A DNA stretch of 54,240 nucleotides, taken from NCBI RefSeq assembly GCF_000281045.1, contig NW_008246073.1:911050-965289 (forward strand), given 5' to 3'. Numbering within the stretch: the stretch's first letter is position 1; every line of letters starts with the position of its first letter. Under the pieces are notes generated by a model that searched no databases, was not told the origin of the DNA, and saw only the letters and a program-made list of their open reading frames with translations. Position numbers and translations under genes: made by a program. This DNA is from Saprolegnia diclina VS20 (taxonomy: Eukaryota). Below are positions 48,401-54,240 of the stretch, one piece after another.

Positions 48401-49027
48401 CAAGAACGAAGGAGGGTGTACCTTGCCATCGCCGTAGGCACTCGACGACCCGAGCATGTCGAGCTCGTCGGTCGAGAGCGCATCGAGCGAGCAGAGCGCG
48501 TCGCGGGCGTTGATGGCAGTCTCACGCGACGCATAGTCGGGGATGTGGTCGTCGTCGTCGTCATCGTCAAAGGCGGCCATGCCGTTGCTGCGTGCCGGCG
48601 GTCGGGCGGGCTTGGCCGGCGGTCCGCGCATGCTCGGGCCGAGATTCGATCTGGAAAAAAACGTGGGCATGTTGTAACGGGTCGGCGCGGTCGGCTGTGG
48701 CGCACTGCGATCGCGGCCGAGCCGCGCGCCTTCGTCGTCGCTGTTGGCGTTGCGCTCGACCGAGAGGCGCCGGCGCTTGTCTTCGATCATCGAGCTGTTG
48801 TTGTTGGAGCGGTGCGACAGAATGTCCTTGGCGCTCTTCTCCAGATTCTCGATGAGATGCATATCCCGAAGAGCATTTGCATTGTTGTCTTGACGACATG
48901 CTTCGCTAAGGTCACTTACGAGTTTGTAGAGCTGCTCCTCGCGGGCACTGTGCAGGTACGGCGCCGGCCCGCGCAGGCTATTGCTGCGGCTTGCGGCGCC
49001 TCGATCGCCTGGTCGGCCGCCCGTCAT
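45448..49027 (-). CDS. Large coiled-coil protein with disordered N-terminus; intron 48376-48421
   Basis: 220-aa and 974-aa ORFs join in frame through a 46-nt GTACAC...TATAG intron; long heptad repeats; no recognisable globular domain. Confidence 0.75.
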
Positions 49028-49815
49028 CTTGGGAATTAGGATGCACTGGCCTTACGCCTTGTTTCGCCCGGATACCGCGCCATAGATTGGGTATTTGCGC
49101 CTAATTAGGACCTGTCGTATCCGGATGTTTCGGTTTTCTAGCGCCAGACGCGGGAGAGACTGCGCACAAGCGCACTGGCCCGCATTAGCTAATGCGCTTC
49201 GATTAGGACTTTGCCGTTCGCGACAAGGACATGGACGGGACCGCGTCGCCGTGGTAGAGCGCCCATACCTGCAGCCACAACGCTCGTTACTGCAGCCCAC
49301 GTGTAATACTTGGCCATCGACGGCGACGGGGACATCGCTATCGATCATGGGCGGCAGAACGAGAGATCGCGCGCCGTGGGACATGCGGCGACGTCGACGA
49401 CGACACTGGAAGGGTCGCCAGCGGCGGGTTCTTTGTTGGTGGTGGTTGTGAGGAGCAGGCACCATGCTATCAGCCTCGCCCACGCCGGAGCCTTCAATGA
49501 GGATGACCAGTGCAGGGCGGGAGGATGGTCGCTGAACCGTGGGTTCCATTTGCCTACGGATGCGAGGGATGCGTTGTGGGCGTGCCACGTGTGGGTTCGA
49601 ATCGAAGTAGCCGGGACCGAAGTGTTGAATGCGAAGTTCGAAGTGGTTGGTGGCCACGGCGCGTTGTATTAAAATAGAGTGGTGTCTCTTTCGATTTGTA
49701 TGCAATACAATGGATGTGCCATTCGAAAGAATCGCGGCCCAAAAACACGGTTGGCGGCGCCAGGACCCGAAGGACCGCCGTCGAGAGCATGATCTGCGAG
49801 GCCGACGGACGACAC

Positions 49816-50253
49816 ATGGACGACGAGAGCGAGACGATGCTGCCGCCAGAGACCTCTGCGTCGCACCTCGCCGTGGGCATGTACATGGCGCTCTGGCCTA
49901 AGATCGAAAAGTGCGACGGCTACGTCGGCATGCTCTTGGACACGCAAGAGAGCTTACAGGAGAAGATCGCCGAGCTCATGGGCCTTCTGGATGGCGGCGC
50001 CGACACCACGTCGCCGCTCGTCGGGTATGCGGCGCGCCTCAAGCAGTTTCCGTCGCGCGTCCAAGCGCTGCAAGCGAAGCTCGAGGGCATCCGCGCGCTC
50101 CTGGCCTCGCTTCGAAAACCCGACGTGGTCATACCAGAGCCGCCCAAGGCTGCACCGCCCGTTGTGGTGGCCGCCATCAATGACGAAGAGGATGAGCGCG
50201 AGGCGTCGGCGCCAGCCCACAACGTCGCGACAGAGGATGTTGCGCCGCAGTAA
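49816..50253 (+). CDS. SNAPIN: Snapin (BLOC-1/BORC subunit)-like protein
   Basis: 'LAVGMYMALWPKIEKCDGYVGMLLDTQESLQEKIAEL...LVGYAARLKQFPSRVQALQAKL' follows the snapin pattern LxxG...LxP...D..V......Q..L...I...Y..KL....RV. Confidence 0.65.
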   Translation: MDDESETMLPPETSASHLAVGMYMALWPKIEKCDGYVGMLLDTQESLQEKIAELMGLLDGGADTTSPLVGYAARLKQFPSRVQALQAKLEGIRALLASLRKPDVVIPEPPKAAPPVVVAAINDEEDEREASAPAHNVATEDVAPQ

Positions 50254-50454
50254 CGAATGGCCGGCCCTGCCTGTCCCGTACTCTTCCACGACTATACCCA
50301 GAGTCGCTGTGACTCGAATATATCGTCGTTTTCCTACTGTCCTGTTGAGCCGCCGGCGCGATGGCCGAGCCGGCGACAATCCACGGTGCCCTCGGAGCAA
50401 CCCGAGTGATCGCGACCAAGCCACCGGGGCTACCTGCTGCAGGAACCGCGTCGT

Positions 50455-50895
50455 CTATTGACTCTTAGTAGAACTCGTTTGATGGCTCATGGTTTGCCGC
50501 GTGTTCCATGCACTAGCACAAAGAAGGGTCAGTAGACGGCTCGAAGAATTCGCCGGGCTGTACCTGAGGTCCTCGGTCGAGACGTTGGGCCTTTGGTTCC
50601 GGAGCTGCGGCGGCAGTAGCGACCGCGTCTTGACCTTGGCGTTCTTTGTTGGCGCTGCTACCGTTGGCTCGTCGAGCGCGCGCTTGGTCGGCTTGGGTGT
50701 CTGGCGCTGGGCGAGGAAGCTCGGCCCCGCAGAGACGCTCGACGGCTTGACCGTTCCCGCAAAGAGATCGTCGGCCGATGGAAGCGCGATGGGCTTGGCC
50801 GTGCATGGCGCAGCGACGGCGGCGGCTGGCGCGACGACGACTGGCGTCTCAACGTCCGAGTCGGAGCTGTCCGAGTAGTCGGCGACGAGCGACAT
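50455..50895 (-). CDS. Small conserved nuclear-type protein (C1orf52/PRCC-like motifs); likely one intron near 50515-50563
   Basis: MSLVADYSDSSDSD; 'LPSADDLFA'; 'LLPPQL...RPNVSTEDL'. Confidence 0.6.
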   Translation of the reverse strand: MSLVADYSDSSDSDVETPVVVAPAAAVAAPCTAKPIALPSADDLFAGTVKPSSVSAGPSFLAQRQTPKPTKRALDEPTVAAPTKNAKVKTRSLLPPQLRNQRPNVSTEDLRYSPANSSSRLLTLLCASAWNTRQTMSHQTSSTKSQ

Positions 50896-51958
50896 ATTGG
50901 GCGGTCGGTCGCAAATGGCACAATTTTATTCCGAATGTTTGTCATATCTTGATTTGAGTATTCAGCCGCTAATGCGAGCACCCGCCCAGCCAAACGCCCA
51001 GGCGTGTGAGGCTCAACATGCAGCTTCACCGGAGGTCAACGACAACCATGGCCGAGCGCATGCCAATGCCGGCCTGCCATGACCTCTTGGTACTCGAAGA
51101 GAAGTGCATTCAACTCCTGCTCACTCCACAAACGACTGCGTCGAGCAGTTTCTACTTGCTTGGGTGATGCACCGACGCTGGTTCCCCAATAAGAACTATT
51201 ACCGGAGTGCTGCGAGCGCATGAGAAATGAACTCCGAGAACATGCAACGCAGCATGTTGGCGGCTAGTCGACGCGCACGCAGTGGTGCTAGTCGTGGTGC
51301 ACGAGCAAGAATGCTCGACGAAAGCAACCCGACGCAACGCTTGGGGAAGGAGCGTTCTCGCACCCATTCCAAACCAAAACTAGAACCCTTACTAGTACTG
51401 ATTTGGACCAGCAACAAGTCGCCGGTTCCAACGAGCCGCCATTCGCGACGTCTTCATTCCAGCGCCATCGTACTCCAGATAGTCCCAGAGCCATAGCAAT
51501 AACAACTACGGCTACCCATTCACTCCACCGTGTGTGCAATTCTCATAGGTCACCACCAGCACTACAATACTGTAGCTAGACTCCACTACGCTCCAGAATC
51601 TGCAGGGCCGTCGCCTGCTAACAGTAACAGGAATATGGGCTCGACTCCAACCCGCTCGGTTTCCTGCAGCAAGCACCTTGGACAGCTTCTGAATCTAGTC
51701 CCTTTCTCAGTGCAACGACGAATTGTCCACTGAGGGACTCTGAGCAAGGCCGTGGTAGCATGGTCGTTCTATCGTAGTAGCAGCGAGCTGGTGAGCGTCA
51801 GGGTGAGCGTCTTGGCGCGACGTATCCGTTCATGCGTATCATCCGGATAAACCTGCCACAAATAGATTTTTCGGCGCGGCGTCGAAATTGGTTGGCTGCG
51901 GCTTTCGAGGTTGGCGTAGCAAATGCATAAGTTTCGGAAGGTTTTCGCATTCTCCAAG

Positions 51959-52369
51959 ATGGCCAAGGACACGCCGAGCACGCAAGCGCCGCCCCGCGGC
52001 CAGCCCGTGAGCAACCGGCCGTGGAAGAAGACGCAGACGCAGCGCAAGTCGATGATGACGTATAAGGCGACCAAGACGCTGAGCACGACGTGGGACGAGA
52101 AGATGGCGATGAAGGCCAAGAAGAAGGAGATGAAGGACCTCGAGCACGAGATTGCGGCGCGCAAGAAGCAGGAGCGCCTCGACAAGAAGATTGCGCGCGA
52201 AGAAAAGGAGAAGCGGCGAATGGCCAACGAAATGAAGTCGTCGACGGTCCAGCAGATCTCCAAGACGCACAAGCTCAAGACCATGTCCAAGAAGCAGCTC
52301 CGCCAGATCCGCAAGACGCGCATGAACAAGAACGGCGTCGTCGAGTACGTGCCCATTTACACCAAGTAG
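51959..52369 (+). CDS. CCDC86: CCDC86/Cgr1 family nucleolar ribosome-biogenesis protein
   Basis: 'PRGQPVSNRPWK', 'TWDEKM', 'RRMANEMKSSTVQQI...KLKTMSKKQLRQI'. Confidence 0.85.
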   Translation: MAKDTPSTQAPPRGQPVSNRPWKKTQTQRKSMMTYKATKTLSTTWDEKMAMKAKKKEMKDLEHEIAARKKQERLDKKIAREEKEKRRMANEMKSSTVQQISKTHKLKTMSKKQLRQIRKTRMNKNGVVEYVPIYTK

Positions 52370-52683
52370 TAGAACGAACCTCCTCTAATCTATGCGTATA
52401 CCTCTCAACTTGTCCAGTGTACCTCGAGACGCCCAAGAGACATTAGCCTCGCGGTGGACACTGCCATGTCGCTTGCCCTCGCTATCGCTGCTGCCACGTT
52501 GCAGGTAGCTTGCAAGCATGTCCCGCACCATGGCGGCAGGTCAGGGCGCATGTGGCAGGCCCAGTCGACCCGGCCATGACCATCTCGCAGGCACCAATCA
52601 CCTTGCGCATCCGGATAACACTGGATGCTGATTGGGCGACACATTGTGGGCCAGCAATATCTCGCCAGATCCAATCCTGCAAG

Positions 52684-53943
52684 ATGGCCTTGGCGAACCC
52701 GCAGACGCTCGCGCTGAGCAGCACGGTGGTGACGCACTTCAAGCAAGATGCGACGCTGCAAATGACACGCGAAGACCAGGACTACGAATATGTCATGGAC
52801 TGGTACCATTCTCGTTGAGCATGGCACGCATCCTCACGGCCTCGCCATATAGCAAGACAACTGCGTCCAAGGACCATGTCATCTTGGCGCTCTCGGACAA
52901 GACGCTCCAGGCGCGCAGCCGATCGACGCTGACGTGCGACCGCGTCATTGCCGCGCACAATGCATCGATCAACGAAGTCTGCGTGTCCGAGACGTCGCCG
53001 TGGTGCGTTCTCTCGGGCTCGAACGACGGCACGATGAAGCTATGGGATTTGCGCACCGACCAAGGACCAGCTCAGAGCATCCGCGTCGGCAGCGAAGTGT
53101 GGACGTGCTCCATGGGCTGCGGCGACACGCTCGTTGTGTGCGGCACGAACGACCGGGCGGTCTTTTACGACACGCGGACCGCGCGCAAGGTCACCAGTCG
53201 TCGCTGATGACACGTCAGGCTGACTTGTCTCTCTTGTCGTCTATAGCTCGGCGAGTATGGCGAGTCGCACATGGACAACGTGACGCGCGTCCGCTTCCAC
53301 CCGCTGCGCCGGTCCGAAGTCGTCACGGCGTCCGAAGACGGCGTCGTGTGCCTCTTTGACTGCACGATCGCCGACGAAGACGACGCGATCATTTCCATCA
53401 TCAACGTCGAGAGCGCGGTGACGCAGTTCGCGTTCTTTGGCCACGAGCTGCACAATATGGCTTTCCTCACTGGCTCCGAGACGCTGGACCTCTGGAACAT
53501 TACGACGGCCCAGCGCCTTGCGCATTTCCCGCAGATCCGTGACGCGTGCAACGCACTCCACGTACACCGGTCTCGTTTGTCTGTATATATTGTCTTATTG
53601 AACTTGGTAGATGCCCACCGAGTATTTAATCGACTGCAAGTACGATGCTACGAGCGACCAGCTGCACCTGGTGACGGGCGACCATGCCGGCACGGTCAAC
53701 ATAGCGACGCTCGGCGAGTCGTCGCTCACGCCGCAGGCCAAGCTCGTCGGCGGCCACAAGACGGCGGTTCGCTGCATTGACTGGGACGACAACATGCTTC
53801 TCACGGGCGGCGAAGACTCGCGTCTGTGCAAGTGGTCGGCCTCGTCAGGACTTCAACAACAAGCAACCCGAGGCATCCGAGCGTCCGTAGAGCGCGACGT
53901 GAGCGGCCTCAAGAAGGCACGAAACAGCTCCCGCCCGTACTAG
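52684..53943 (+). CDS. WDR89: WD40 repeat protein, WDR89-like; about 4 exons
   Basis: 'SGSNDGTMKLWDLR', 'LGEYGESHMDNVTRVRFHP', 'TASEDGVVCLFD', 'GSETLDLWNI', 'GGHKTAVRCIDW...LLTGGEDSRLCKW'. Confidence 0.82.
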
Positions 53944-54240
53944 ATGACGACGCAACAATAGACCCGAGTTTCGTGTCGGCCTTATAGTGCTAGTGACGTC
54001 GGCGGGGGTAGAGCTAAGTGTACTGGACCTTGCGAAGGAAGATATCATGATGCGTGTGGTCCGTAAAGGTATAATTGTATAGGATATATCCAAAATGTCG
54101 ATATCTATCGTTCGAGCCGAGCACAGTGTACGCTCCTGTCGCGATTCGAGCTCTTCGTGGCCTGAATGACGCGACGGCGTCGAAAGCGGCGGCTCCGAGC
54201 TCGTGTGTGACAAACTACAGTATCGTGGCCGAGTGGCTCT

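Noticed and set aside
49230..49672. 120-aa ORF between the coiled-coil gene and snapin
   Set aside because: TTG start, no family motif and no convincing exon model

Overview
This is gene-dense, GC-rich eukaryotic DNA with very short GT-AG introns (mostly 40-65 nt), oomycete-type INR/FPR promoter elements and a Crinkler-like ORF. It is most consistent with a saprolegnialean oomycete (Saprolegnia/Achlya-like); the taxon is an inference. About 27 protein-coding genes can be modelled. In order they are: a MATE transporter, a PERK-type eIF2-alpha kinase, an orphan helical protein, a GNAT, MAF1, a CCDC162-like protein, a CRN-like NTPase-REase, an anoctamin, an R3H protein, a CaMK, an archaeal-type RNase H, TRM112, GNL3/Nug1, a second GNAT, a mini PRKCSH-like protein, a TKL kinase, proteasome beta-1, an inactive beta-CASP protein, a PIGBOS1-like microprotein, class II eIF4E, a coiled-coil protein, an ENT transporter, a second coiled-coil protein, snapin, a C1orf52-like protein, CCDC86/Cgr1 and WDR89. 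No rRNA, tRNA, CRISPR array or intact mobile element was seen. The most striking item is the PERK-type kinase. It has a signal peptide, luminal domain, TM helix and kinase domain, plus an apparent C-terminal RelA/SpoT-type ACT ligand-binding domain, and a 20-bp tandem repeat array sits in its promoter. All family assignments come from motif recognition by eye, not database searches.
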